From sequence record DRR723986_9092: a stretch of DNA of 38,498 nucleotides. One strand, written 5' to 3'. The position numbers were made by a program, and so were the translations under genes. Each line of letters opens with the position of its first letter. Position 1 is the first letter of the stretch. Below are positions 28,418-37,977 of the stretch, one piece after another. The notes under the pieces are model-generated. The model saw nothing but the letters and a program-made list of their open reading frames with translations, was not told the DNA's origin and searched no databases.

Positions 28418-28801
28418 TTAAGTTGCGACCTGGCGCATGATCATCAGTCCGGCAAACACGGCAAGAATGGACAAGGCGACAGAGGCAAGAACATACATGA
28501 GTGCCAGATGCGTGTCGCCGCGCTCCCATAGCACTGAGGTGTCGAGCGAAAACGCGGAGAATGTCGTGAAGCCGCCGAGGAAGCCGGTCGCCACGAAATA
28601 GCGCAATGACTGCAGATTGCCGGTTTCATGGCGAACCAGCCAACCGATAAAAAGCCCCATGGCCAGTGAGCCGACGACATTGACAGTTAGAGTTCCGACA
28701 GGAAAACCCGGCCCAAACAAACGGAGCGTCGCAAGCGACACCAGATGCCGTCCGCCCGCACCCAGACCACCGCCCAGCATCACCAGCAAAAGATGTTTCA
28801 A
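28418..28801 (-). CDS. crcB: Fluoride channel CrcB/FluC
   Basis: GGGLGAGGR, FPVGTLTVNVVGS, TGFLGGFTTFSAFS; TTG start. Confidence 0.96.
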   Translation of the reverse strand: MKHLLLVMLGGGLGAGGRHLVSLATLRLFGPGFPVGTLTVNVVGSLAMGLFIGWLVRHETGNLQSLRYFVATGFLGGFTTFSAFSLDTSVLWERGDTHLALMYVLASVALSILAVFAGLMIMRQVAT

Positions 28802-28903
28802 ACCGTCGCCCCGCTTCTAACTGGTCCCAGCCGTCCCTGAATACGCCGAGTTCAATCCATGCATGGGTGAACCATCACGGAATCTGCCGGGCCAGGGAAA
28901 GCC

Positions 28904-29692
28904 CTATTCGCCGGGAGCCGCCGGCTTTGCAGCCGATTTTTCGCCCATCTGTTCAAACACCTTGACCTGCTCATCGTACTTCGGGTCGATGGTGCCGCAG
29001 ACACGGTCCCAGAACGAAAAGAAATTGGCGTAATTGTAGCGGAAGCGCGAATGGTGCTGGTCGTGGAAAGTCACGCAGACCATCGGCGAAGGCATGCGCG
29101 ACATCGGCGACGCCCAGAATTCGAAACCGGAATGGCCGATTGTGCCATTGAAATGGTCCCACAGCCGGTGAACGATCAGCACGGGGATCGGGATCGGCAG
29201 GAAGATGACCGCCCACAGATAATAGCTCTGCATGACAAAGGCATCGACCAGATCGTCGGAATAGGTGCTCCAGACAGTCGGCGCGACCGAGCGGTGATGC
29301 TCGGCATGAAAGCGGTACATCGCCTTCGTATGCATGAACCGGTGGCCCCAGTAGAACCAGGTGTCGAAAGCTAGGATGGAAACGACAAACATCAGGATTG
29401 CCGACCACCAGGTCAGCTCCAGCGGGGCGACCAGGGTCCAGCCCTTCATCGAAAGGAAGATGCCGCCGGCAAGACAGCCCGCGGTCACGGTCAACGAATA
29501 GACGCTGGCCCGGATTTCCTTCCACATGCGCTTTTCACCACGCCGATTCTGCTGAATACGCCGCTCCGGGTGCCGGTCCTGTATCTTCACCAGCACCCAG
29601 CCGGTCGCAAAATACAGGAACACGTTCACAGCGTAGCACGCCGCGTAAATCGGCAGGAATTCAAGCAATATCGTCAGCGCCTGATCGAGCAT
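28904..29692 (-). CDS. Sterol desaturase / fatty-acid hydroxylase superfamily di-iron membrane enzyme (copy 3)
   Basis: His boxes YWGHRFMH, FHAEHH, GHSGFE, FHDQHH; NYANFFSFWDR.CGT. Confidence 0.92.
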   Translation of the reverse strand: MLDQALTILLEFLPIYAACYAVNVFLYFATGWVLVKIQDRHPERRIQQNRRGEKRMWKEIRASVYSLTVTAGCLAGGIFLSMKGWTLVAPLELTWWSAILMFVVSILAFDTWFYWGHRFMHTKAMYRFHAEHHRSVAPTVWSTYSDDLVDAFVMQSYYLWAVIFLPIPIPVLIVHRLWDHFNGTIGHSGFEFWASPMSRMPSPMVCVTFHDQHHSRFRYNYANFFSFWDRVCGTIDPKYDEQVKVFEQMGEKSAAKPAAPGE

Positions 29693-29748
29693 ATCTCTTC
29701 ATACATCCATTTGGTCGGTTGGCTGACACATGTGAGTACTGTGCGGGC

Positions 29749-30531
29749 TTACCCGGTTGCCTTGACTTTCGTTTCTTCCGAATCCGGAATTTCCCCGGTC
29801 TCTTCCATGGACCGCACCAGCACATCGTACTTCGGATGCACCGTTCCGCAGATCCGGTCCCAGAACGAGAAGAAGTTACCGTAATTGTAGTGAAACTGCG
29901 AATGATGCAGATCATGGAACGTCGTGCAAATCAGCGGCGAAGGGAATCGCGACGACTTGGACGCGAAATATTCAAAGCCTGAATGGCCGACCATGCCTGA
30001 AATCTGGTCGAACAACCGAAGGGCAAAAACGCTCAAGGCCGGCACCGGCAGCACGAACCAGACCAGAAAATAGAAAAAATGCTCGATCAGGGTGTCGACC
30101 GTGGTCGAGCTGTCGTTGCTCCAGACCGTCGGTGCGATCGAGCGGTGATGAGGCACATGGAACTTGTAGAGCGACGGCCAGTGAAGAATCCTGTGCCCCC
30201 AATAGAACCAGGCATCAAACAGGACGAAGCAAACGGCGAACATCAGCGGAAACGACCACCAGCTGAGTTCCAGCGGAGCGAACAGCGTCCAACCCTGGCT
30301 CTGCGCGAAAAATCCGGACGACAGCAGGACGGAAGATGTCGCCAACGCCTTCATGGAGGCACGGATTTCCTCTGCCTGGCGTTTCATGCCGTCGCGGTGT
30401 TTCTGGATCCGCCGGTCAGGATGACGGGCATTTATCGCGATCATCGTGAACCCGGTCGCGAAATAGACCGCCACCATGGCCGCGTAGGTGAGCGCCAGAA
30501 CGATGAGGTAATCGACGAGTAGCCCCATCAT
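29749..30531 (-). CDS. Sterol desaturase / fatty-acid hydroxylase superfamily enzyme (copy 2)
   Basis: YWGHRILH, FHVPHH, GHSGFE, FHDLHH; NYGNFFSFWDRICGT; start overlaps the copy 1 stop (ATGA). Confidence 0.92.
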   Translation of the reverse strand: MMGLLVDYLIVLALTYAAMVAVYFATGFTMIAINARHPDRRIQKHRDGMKRQAEEIRASMKALATSSVLLSSGFFAQSQGWTLFAPLELSWWSFPLMFAVCFVLFDAWFYWGHRILHWPSLYKFHVPHHRSIAPTVWSNDSSTTVDTLIEHFFYFLVWFVLPVPALSVFALRLFDQISGMVGHSGFEYFASKSSRFPSPLICTTFHDLHHSQFHYNYGNFFSFWDRICGTVHPKYDVLVRSMEETGEIPDSEETKVKATG

Positions 30532-31316
30532 GATTTTTCCTGTTTGCCGGTGCCGGCATAAAGCGCTTCGAACCCTTCCACCCGTTCGTCATAGGTCGGA
30601 TGGATAGTGCCGCAGAACCGGTCCCAGAAGGAAAAGTAGTTGGCGTAGTTGTAGACGAAATACTGGTGATGCTGGTCGTGGTAGAGCGTGCACAGCAGCG
30701 GCCAGGGTTTGCGAGCGCTCGGGCTTGCGAAATGCTCATAGCCGCAATGGCCAATGGCGGCCGACACCTGGTCGAACAACCGGTGGCCGAGGAAAACCAG
30801 TGGCGGAATTGGCACGACGAATAGCACAAGCGCATAATAGGAATGGGCGAACAGCGTATCCACACTGGAGCCTGCATCATTGGACCAGACTGTAGGTGTC
30901 ACCGTCATGTGGTGTGGCTTGTGGAACCGGTAGAACATCTTGGTGTGCAGGATCCGGTGCCCCCAGTAGAACCAGGTATCGTGCAGGGCTAGCGAGATGA
31001 CGAAGAACAACGGCACCGACCACCAGGACAACGCGACGGGGTCGAACAGCGTCCAGCCACGCAGCTGGGCATAAAGGCCGATGGAAAGGCAGCAGCTCGT
31101 GATCGACAGCTGCCCCATAGAAGATTTGATATCGCGCAGGGCATCGTGGGTCGGCTGGCGTTTCTGGATCTTGCGGTCAGGGTGACGCCTGTTCATCATC
31201 GTCATGGTCAGGCCGGTCGTGAACAGCACGATCAAGCTGGATGCGTAAAGCACCAGAAAGAAACCCAGAAACACCTCCGGGCCGGTCCCAAAATGTTCGG
31301 CAATAAAAGTCATCAA
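30528..31316 (-). CDS. Sterol desaturase / fatty-acid hydroxylase superfamily enzyme (copy 1)
   Basis: YWGHRILH, FHKPHH, GHCGYE, YHDQHH; NYANYFSFWDRFCGT; start is TTG 31316 or ATG 31313. Confidence 0.92.
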   Translation of the reverse strand: MMTFIAEHFGTGPEVFLGFFLVLYASSLIVLFTTGLTMTMMNRRHPDRKIQKRQPTHDALRDIKSSMGQLSITSCCLSIGLYAQLRGWTLFDPVALSWWSVPLFFVISLALHDTWFYWGHRILHTKMFYRFHKPHHMTVTPTVWSNDAGSSVDTLFAHSYYALVLFVVPIPPLVFLGHRLFDQVSAAIGHCGYEHFASPSARKPWPLLCTLYHDQHHQYFVYNYANYFSFWDRFCGTIHPTYDERVEGFEALYAGTGKQEKS

Positions 31317-31353
31317 CTCAAATATCCACGCGCAATTCCCTGGCCACTTTTGT

Positions 31354-31383
31354 GCGTAGCGAAAGAGCGGACCTCACGTCAAG
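31354..31383 (-). promoter_or_regulatory. Putative sigma70 promoter for the desaturase trio
   Basis: Minus strand CTTGACG-N16-GCTACGC resembles the alphaproteobacterial housekeeping promoter consensus. Confidence 0.45.
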
Positions 31384-31415
31384 GAATGACTTGCCAAATT
31401 ATGAATATTACCCGG

Positions 31416-33809
31416 TCAGACGCTTTCCGTCACATGAGCGAAATCGGGATAGATCGACCGGACCAGCTTGTCGACCCGGTCTATTTCCTCTGGAATATCA
31501 GAAAGTTTGCCACGTTCTTCTTCCAGAACCGCCAAAAAGATCCGCGCGCGTGCCTGGTTTACCTGGATCTGCGGCAAAGTGCCCTCACCTGCCGCAGACA
31601 GCACGATGCTGACCAGCCTGTCGGCGGCGTTGAGACGACCCCACAGATAATCATGTTCCCGCCAGCCGCGATTGAAGAAGGCACCGAACGTATTCAGGGA
31701 CTTGCCCTTGAGGTCGAAACCTTCCGTATAAAGGCTTGCCGCATCGGTCGGGCTGATGCGGTCGACCAGGATTTCCGTCACCTCCGAGAAGTCGTTGCGC
31801 TGCAACACGGGAAAGGTGATCAGATCGAAAAAACCGAAGCCGATATAGGTTCCCATCAGGGATGTGTGACGGCTCTTGTCGAGTAGATTTCGGGCCGTCT
31901 CGGCAAAGAGTTCGTCCTGAAGCCTGTCCAGATCGGCAAGCCCCATCATCTGTGTCAGGGATTTCAGCATTGGCTGGACATGCTCGGCAGCGTCCGGACC
32001 ACCCGCCTCCGCTGCCCGAACGAACGTTTCGGCGAGTTCCCGGCTGCGGCCACCGAAAAACCGGGCATTCCAGCGCCAACCCAGATGATCGATCTGCTCG
32101 TAGAGCAATCCCTTCATCTGATCGAGCGCCTCGAAATTGGGCGGCGGCAAGTCGGAGCCCGGACGATAGTGATAGAAGCCGTTGAGCTTGCGCACCGCAA
32201 AGCGAAGCCGGCGTATCCGGTAGTCGACATCCAGCCCGCGCAACAAGGCAACAACATGCGGGTCCGTGCGCCCCAGGATGTCCTTGCTCTGGGCTGTCAG
32301 GCGGCTGGTGTGACGCGAGTACAGTCCCAGAAGGGCTTCTTCCTGACCTCGTGCACTGTCCAGCCCGCTGAGCCGCGCCGTCAGGCCAGCCAGCCGCTCA
32401 GCCAGGGAATGAAGTTTCAGGGACTGATAATTGAGAAAGGCGAACCCTGCCTGCTCGAATGCGGCCACGGTTGCCTGCTTCCGGCATAACGAAAGAATGT
32501 CAGGTGTCACCCGGCGCCGCTTTGGCAAAATGCCCGCCACCGCCTTTTCCACCATCGGCCCCGCATCATCGATCAGTTGCGAGAGCCAGCGGCTGCGCCG
32601 GTTGTTCTGTTCAAGCTCTTTCAGATCATCGCCGATGGGCTCATTGCGCGGAATATGAGCGAGCGAAGCCAGGATCACGCGGAAGAACCCGGGCAGCTCC
32701 GAAACGGTGCTATCCGTTTCGACCGGAACCACCGGTGACGGATCCACATAGATCAGCCGCCGGGCAACTTCGCGCACCGCCGGCCGATCCTGAATAACGT
32801 CAATCACCGGCGCAAACGGCTTGTTCATGACGACGCTGCCATCGACAAAACAATGCTGCCCGGCTGTCTCGGACGTCAGGTTCAGTCCTCTTGCAAGAAA
32901 CGCATCCCGGTTGTGCCACGTCAGGTCGTGATCGACCAGCACCCGCTCCATTTCCGCAACCGTTGCAGGAGGGAACGCCCCTGGAAACGAGGACGTCGCA
33001 CGAGCCGCAAAGACGATTTCCGGAATGCTGTCGGCATCGAACTGGCTTTCGATATCTCCTGGCATTCTGTGCGCGGCATGGAAACTCAGGATCCGGCGAT
33101 GATCCCACTCCTCGACATAGTCCGGATCGTCCAGGTGAATGCGTCGCTTGATGCCGTTGTAATCGGTGATCGTCACGAACAGGTCGAGCGTCTGACCACG
33201 CGGGATCAGACTGCGGCCGGGCACGGCACCGTCCTCCATCTTCTGGCAGGCATCCAGCATCCAGCTGATGAACCGTTCACCGGAAAACGGCGGTGTGAAC
33301 CAACGCGCCTGCATGAACAGTCGCAGCTTCTCGCGCGTTTCCGCGCTTTCTATCTGCTTTGTCAGCCGTGTGGAAATCAGCTGGTCAAGCACCGGCGAAA
33401 TGGAAATCTTCAGGTATCGGGACAAACCGGCCTGTGGCCGGGCCAAACGCGTGACATCGGCATTTTCCAGCCACATCTCGCTGTGGCTGTCGAGTGGCAG
33501 GTCGTGGGTGATGGCCCGCGCAAGCATAATGCCGTTGACGCCACCTGCAGACGCACCGGCAATTGCGTCAACCACCACCCGGATGTCGGCAACAGAGGAC
33601 AACAGATCGAGCAGATCCTTGTAGGCACTTTGAACCGGAGGAAGCTCCTGATCCGGTACTTCCTGGGCAGAACCGTTCGACTTGCGGTCAAGGCGAACGC
33701 TCGACGCCCGAACAAGATTGAGGATTTCCCGGCTTACGCCATGCATGTAGATGGCAAGCGAAACGCCGCCATAAAACACCAGCGCCAATCTGAGTTCGAT
33801 TTCCTTCAT
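31416..33809 (-). CDS. Patatin-like phospholipase with DUF3376-type C-terminus
   Basis: ELRLALVFYGGVSLAIYMHG, DAIAGASAGGVNG (GxSxG), RATSSFPGAF, FVDGS; C-terminal FGAFFNRGWREHDYLWGRL; start placed at ATG 33809. Confidence 0.92.
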   Translation of the reverse strand: MKEIELRLALVFYGGVSLAIYMHGVSREILNLVRASSVRLDRKSNGSAQEVPDQELPPVQSAYKDLLDLLSSVADIRVVVDAIAGASAGGVNGIMLARAITHDLPLDSHSEMWLENADVTRLARPQAGLSRYLKISISPVLDQLISTRLTKQIESAETREKLRLFMQARWFTPPFSGERFISWMLDACQKMEDGAVPGRSLIPRGQTLDLFVTITDYNGIKRRIHLDDPDYVEEWDHRRILSFHAAHRMPGDIESQFDADSIPEIVFAARATSSFPGAFPPATVAEMERVLVDHDLTWHNRDAFLARGLNLTSETAGQHCFVDGSVVMNKPFAPVIDVIQDRPAVREVARRLIYVDPSPVVPVETDSTVSELPGFFRVILASLAHIPRNEPIGDDLKELEQNNRRSRWLSQLIDDAGPMVEKAVAGILPKRRRVTPDILSLCRKQATVAAFEQAGFAFLNYQSLKLHSLAERLAGLTARLSGLDSARGQEEALLGLYSRHTSRLTAQSKDILGRTDPHVVALLRGLDVDYRIRRLRFAVRKLNGFYHYRPGSDLPPPNFEALDQMKGLLYEQIDHLGWRWNARFFGGRSRELAETFVRAAEAGGPDAAEHVQPMLKSLTQMMGLADLDRLQDELFAETARNLLDKSRHTSLMGTYIGFGFFDLITFPVLQRNDFSEVTEILVDRISPTDAASLYTEGFDLKGKSLNTFGAFFNRGWREHDYLWGRLNAADRLVSIVLSAAGEGTLPQIQVNQARARIFLAVLEEERGKLSDIPEEIDRVDKLVRSIYPDFAHVTESV

Positions 33810-34111
33810 GAGGTCACCGTGGGGAACATGTTGAAGTCCTAACACGAAAGAATGGCTACTATCTTTATGCGGCGGACCTTTCCATTCGCCAATCAAGACA
33901 TGGCGGAACTTTGCTCTCGCCCGATCACTTCTGTGCAAACATGGTTTGACGAGGAGGCTTGCCGGGATCTTGGCGCTCTGAAGCCTGCTACGATTTTCCC
34001 CCGCCTGACCTGTATATTCCGCTAAGATAGTTCATGGATCCGACAGTGATTCTTTAAAGTTCAGCATTATAAAACAGACAATGAGACCAGACCTTTTCGA
34101 CGCGGAATGAA

Positions 34112-35119
34112 ATGGCCAAGAGTGTAGATACAGCTGCCCAAAGCTCCGATGAAACCGGGCAAGCCGACCAGACGACCTCGCTGCAATCCCTGCAGGAAGA
34201 GAACGACTATCTGCGATCCGAGTTGGAAGATCTGCGCCTCCTGTACGAGGCGACCATCGAGCATGGCGAAGCGGTCGAGGACCAGCTGGCGGATCAATCC
34301 ACCAAACTCGAGGCACTTTCGCGGCAGCTCGCCAAATACCTTTCGCCTCAGGTCTATCAATCCATTTTCGAAGGCCGTCAGGAAGTCAAGATTGCGTCCA
34401 CACGCAAGAAACTGACGGTTTTCTTCTCCGATATCGCCGACTTCACCGAAACGGCAGACCGGCTTGAATCAGAAGAACTCACGGCGATCCTCAACCAGTA
34501 TCTGACGGAGATGTCGAATATCGCGCTGCGCTACGGCGCGACCATCGACAAATACGTCGGCGACGCCATCCTGATCTTTTTCGGTGACCCGGAAACACGT
34601 GGTGTGACCGAGGACGCGCTTGCCTGCGTACGCATGGCCATCGACATGCAGGACCGGATGAAGGCGCTCCAGGGTGCCTGGCGGGAAGCCGGTATCTCCA
34701 AACCGATGAAATGCCGCATGGGGATCCATACGGACTATTGCACCGTGGGCAATTTCGGCAGCGAAGATCGGTTGGACTACACCATCATCGGACGTGGCGT
34801 GAACACGGCCTCCCGCCTGGAAAGCCTTGCCACACCGGGCTCTATCCTGATCTCCTTCGAAACCTATTCGCAGGTGAAAGAGCAGATCAAATGCGCTGAA
34901 AATGGTGAAGTCAACGTCAAGGGGATTGCCTATCCGGTCTCCACCTACGAGGTGATCGGGCTGAAGGACCCCGTACCGGTCAAGGATGATCTGGAAGTCG
35001 ACCTGGTGTCTCGCCAGCTGGACAAGATTTCCGACACGATGGCACCGGAAGACCGGGACAGGCTGATCGCCACACTCAAGAGCGCCCTCGACCGTCTGAC
35101 ATCAACCGAAACCGCCTGA
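34112..35119 (+). CDS. Class III adenylate cyclase, soluble, with N-terminal coiled coil
   Basis: FSDIADFT, DKYVGDA, GNFGSEDRLDYTIIGRGVNTASRLES, VKG; the Lys in DKYVGD favours ATP specificity. Confidence 0.92.
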   Translation: MAKSVDTAAQSSDETGQADQTTSLQSLQEENDYLRSELEDLRLLYEATIEHGEAVEDQLADQSTKLEALSRQLAKYLSPQVYQSIFEGRQEVKIASTRKKLTVFFSDIADFTETADRLESEELTAILNQYLTEMSNIALRYGATIDKYVGDAILIFFGDPETRGVTEDALACVRMAIDMQDRMKALQGAWREAGISKPMKCRMGIHTDYCTVGNFGSEDRLDYTIIGRGVNTASRLESLATPGSILISFETYSQVKEQIKCAENGEVNVKGIAYPVSTYEVIGLKDPVPVKDDLEVDLVSRQLDKISDTMAPEDRDRLIATLKSALDRLTSTETA

Positions 35120-35137
35120 TCTTTCAGGCTACGCGGA

Positions 35138-36442
35138 TCAGCCTCGTTCCTTGCGCCGCTTGTCCCAGAACTCAAGACGTTTTCTCAGTTCCCGCTCAAA
35201 CCCTCTCTGGGGTGGGTCGTAATAGGTCTTGCGGCCCAACTGCTCTGGAAAATAGTCCTGACCGGAAAAGCCGTCGGGAGCATCGTGGTCGTATTGATAG
35301 CCGTCGCCGTACCCTTCCTGCTTCATCAGCTTGGTGGGCGCGTTGAGGATATGCTTGGGCGGCAGCAGAGAGCCGCTGGATTTGGCATCCCGCATCGCCG
35401 CCTTGTAGGCCACGTAAGCACCGTTCGATTTCGGCGCCGTTGCAAGATAAATCACCGATTGCGCAAGCGCCAATTCCCCTTCGGGAGACCCGAGCATCTG
35501 GTAGGCGTCACGGGCGGCATTGGCTTGCACCAGTGCATTGGGGTCGGCAAGCCCGATGTCCTCAACCGCCATGCGGATAAGGCGTCGGGCAAGATAGAGC
35601 GGATCCTCCCCGCCATCCAGCATCCGGCAGAACCAGTAGAGGGCGGCATCGGGATCGGAACCACGCACGGACTTGTGCAGCGCGGAAATCAGATTGTAAT
35701 GGCCGTCGGCACTCTTGTCGTAGATTGGCGCCCGCCTCTGGACAATTTCCTGCAGGCGCTCGGCATCGAAGACCTCGTCCTCTCCTGCGGCGCGCCAGAC
35801 ATCTTCGGCCAGGGTCAGAGAAGAGCGGCCGTCACCATCGGCCATGCGGATCAGCACCCGTCGGGCTTCCTCGTCAAGCGGCAGCTTACGCTCTTCCAAC
35901 TCTTCTGCCCGCGCCAGCAGTTTTTCGATGGCGTCCGCGGAAAGGGAATGGAACGTCATGACGTGAGAGCGCGACAGCAAGGCCGCGTTAAGCTCAAAGG
36001 ACGGGTTTTCCGTGGTCGCACCAACCAGCGTGATCGTGCCGTCCTCCATCACCGGAAGGAAGCTGTCCTGCTGCGCCCGGTTGAACCGATGGATCTCGTC
36101 TACGAAGAGCAGCGTTGCCCTGCCGCTCATGCGCCGGGCGCGAGCCGTTTCGAACACCTTCTTCAGGTCCGAAACACCGGAAAAGATCGCAGAGATCTGT
36201 TCGAACGCGAGGTCCGTTTCATTGGCCAGCAACCGGGCAATGGTTGTCTTGCCGGTGCCCGGCGGCCCCCAGAAGATCAACGAACCAAGCGTCCGCGTCT
36301 TCAGCATGCGCGACAGCGTGCCTTCTGGCCCGAGCAGGTGATCCTGCCCCACCACATCGGCAAGTTTGGTCGGTCGCATCCGGTCCGCCAGTGGCCGCGG
36401 GCCGGACTGGCTTAGTCCGGAAGCTTCGAACAGATCGCTCAC
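35138..36442 (-). CDS. rarA: Replication-associated recombination protein A (RarA/MgsA)
   Basis: PLADRMRP, WGPPGTGKTT, FVDEIHRFNRAQQD, GATTENPSF, ISALHKSVRGSDPDA; GTG start after AGGAG. Confidence 0.96.
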   Translation of the reverse strand: MSDLFEASGLSQSGPRPLADRMRPTKLADVVGQDHLLGPEGTLSRMLKTRTLGSLIFWGPPGTGKTTIARLLANETDLAFEQISAIFSGVSDLKKVFETARARRMSGRATLLFVDEIHRFNRAQQDSFLPVMEDGTITLVGATTENPSFELNAALLSRSHVMTFHSLSADAIEKLLARAEELEERKLPLDEEARRVLIRMADGDGRSSLTLAEDVWRAAGEDEVFDAERLQEIVQRRAPIYDKSADGHYNLISALHKSVRGSDPDAALYWFCRMLDGGEDPLYLARRLIRMAVEDIGLADPNALVQANAARDAYQMLGSPEGELALAQSVIYLATAPKSNGAYVAYKAAMRDAKSSGSLLPPKHILNAPTKLMKQEGYGDGYQYDHDAPDGFSGQDYFPEQLGRKTYYDPPQRGFERELRKRLEFWDKRRKERG

Positions 36443-36450
36443 ACTGTCTC

Positions 36451-37902
36451 CTAACCGCGCAGGATGAGCTGTGAAACCTTGCCGTCCCGCTCGATATCGA
36501 GCTGCCAAACACGCGGTGGCTTCTTGGTGATACCTTCCAGCATTTCGGTGGTTTCGACGGTTTGCCGGTTGATCCCCCGGATGATGTCGCCCGGGCGAAG
36601 CCCCACACGGTCTGCCGTGCTGCCGCGCTTCACCTCGGCAATCACGACACCGTCGAATATCCCTTCCATTCCAAGTTCCTCGGAAACGGCAGGCGAAAGG
36701 TTCATGACCGTCGCGCCTTCGAAAGGCGAATAGTCGACGAGTTCGCGCGTATCCCGTGGAATGGTTTCGGGAGCCGGCTGTAGTGACACGGTCACATGCT
36801 CTTCCGCACCGTCCCTCAGGACAACAAAATCGGTCTGTTCACCAATCATCTTTGTTGCAAAACGATAGCCGAAGGAATTGGGATCGGTCACTTCCTTGCC
36901 GTCAACCGCAATTACCAGATCGCTGACCCGAAGCCCGGCCTCAAAGGCAGGTGACCCATCAAAGACTGCCGTCACAAGCACACCGCGTGGCCGGTCGAGA
37001 GACAGCGCTTCAGCGATTTCGGCATTTACCAGCTGCACGGTCGCGCCCAGCCAGGGCCGCTGCACCTTGCCGCCATGATCGGCAGCTTTCGCAACGAAAC
37101 GCGCCATATGCGCCGGAATGGCAAAGCCGATACCGTTGGAGCCGCCGGAGCGAGAATAGATGGCCGAGTTGATGCCAACCAGCTTGCCGGTCATATCGAC
37201 AAGCGCACCGCCGGAGTTGCCCGGGTTGATTGCCGCGTCGGTCTGGATGAAGAACTGAAAGTCCGTCACGCCGACCTGCGTGCGAGCCGTGGCCGAAACG
37301 ATGCCCTGGGTAACCGTCTGGCCGACACCGAACGGGTTACCGATGGCAAGCACGATGTCGCCGACTTCAAGGCTGTCGGAATCCGCAAAGTCGATGCTTT
37401 CGAAAGGTCCATCACCCCTGATCTTCAGCACCGCGAGGTCGGTACGTTCGTCCATGAGAACGATATCGGCATCGAATTCACGACGGTCGTTCAGGGCGAC
37501 GCGAACGTCGTCCGCGTCCTTGATCACATGATGGTTGGTGATCACCGTACCATCACTCGAAATGATGACGCCGGATCCAAGGGACGATTCAACCCGCTGC
37601 CGTGGCCTGTCGTTCCCGCCGGGCTGGCCGAAGAACCGGCGAAAGAAGGGATCGTCCATGAAGGGCGACACTTGCCGACGCTGCACCACCTTGCGGCTCG
37701 CATAAACGTTGACCACCGCCGGCGCGACCTTTTTCACGATTGGCGCGAAGGAGAGTTTGATCTGCGCATCGCTTTGCGGAACAAGCCGAAGATCGGCCGG
37801 AGACGGCTGCACAGTCTGCGAAAGCGCAGCAGACATACCCATCAGGCCGACCAGGCCCGCTATGACAAGGGAACGCGTAAAGGTGGTCAGAACCAGGCGC
37901 AT
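36451..37902 (-). CDS. DegP/DegQ (HtrA) periplasmic serine protease with two PDZ domains
   Basis: Signal peptide, SLGSGVI, TNHHVI, TDLAVLKI, IQTDAAINPGNSGGAL; start placed at ATG 37902. Confidence 0.95.
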   Translation of the reverse strand: MRLVLTTFTRSLVIAGLVGLMGMSAALSQTVQPSPADLRLVPQSDAQIKLSFAPIVKKVAPAVVNVYASRKVVQRRQVSPFMDDPFFRRFFGQPGGNDRPRQRVESSLGSGVIISSDGTVITNHHVIKDADDVRVALNDRREFDADIVLMDERTDLAVLKIRGDGPFESIDFADSDSLEVGDIVLAIGNPFGVGQTVTQGIVSATARTQVGVTDFQFFIQTDAAINPGNSGGALVDMTGKLVGINSAIYSRSGGSNGIGFAIPAHMARFVAKAADHGGKVQRPWLGATVQLVNAEIAEALSLDRPRGVLVTAVFDGSPAFEAGLRVSDLVIAVDGKEVTDPNSFGYRFATKMIGEQTDFVVLRDGAEEHVTVSLQPAPETIPRDTRELVDYSPFEGATVMNLSPAVSEELGMEGIFDGVVIAEVKRGSTADRVGLRPGDIIRGINRQTVETTEMLEGITKKPPRVWQLDIERDGKVSQLILRG

Positions 37903-37977
37903 GGCGGGTGCCTCTTTTTCGAATCTTCTCATATCCATCGCGATACATGGCAGATAGGGAGGAAAAGAGGCAAATAC

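Noticed and set aside
28802-28903. Possible fluoride riboswitch upstream of crcB (minus strand CGTGATGGTTCACC)
   Set aside because: Only partly resembles the GGYGATGRxGTTCRCC start and lacks the downstream GCTRATGAC pseudoknot block. An Rfam crcB-motif scan would settle it.
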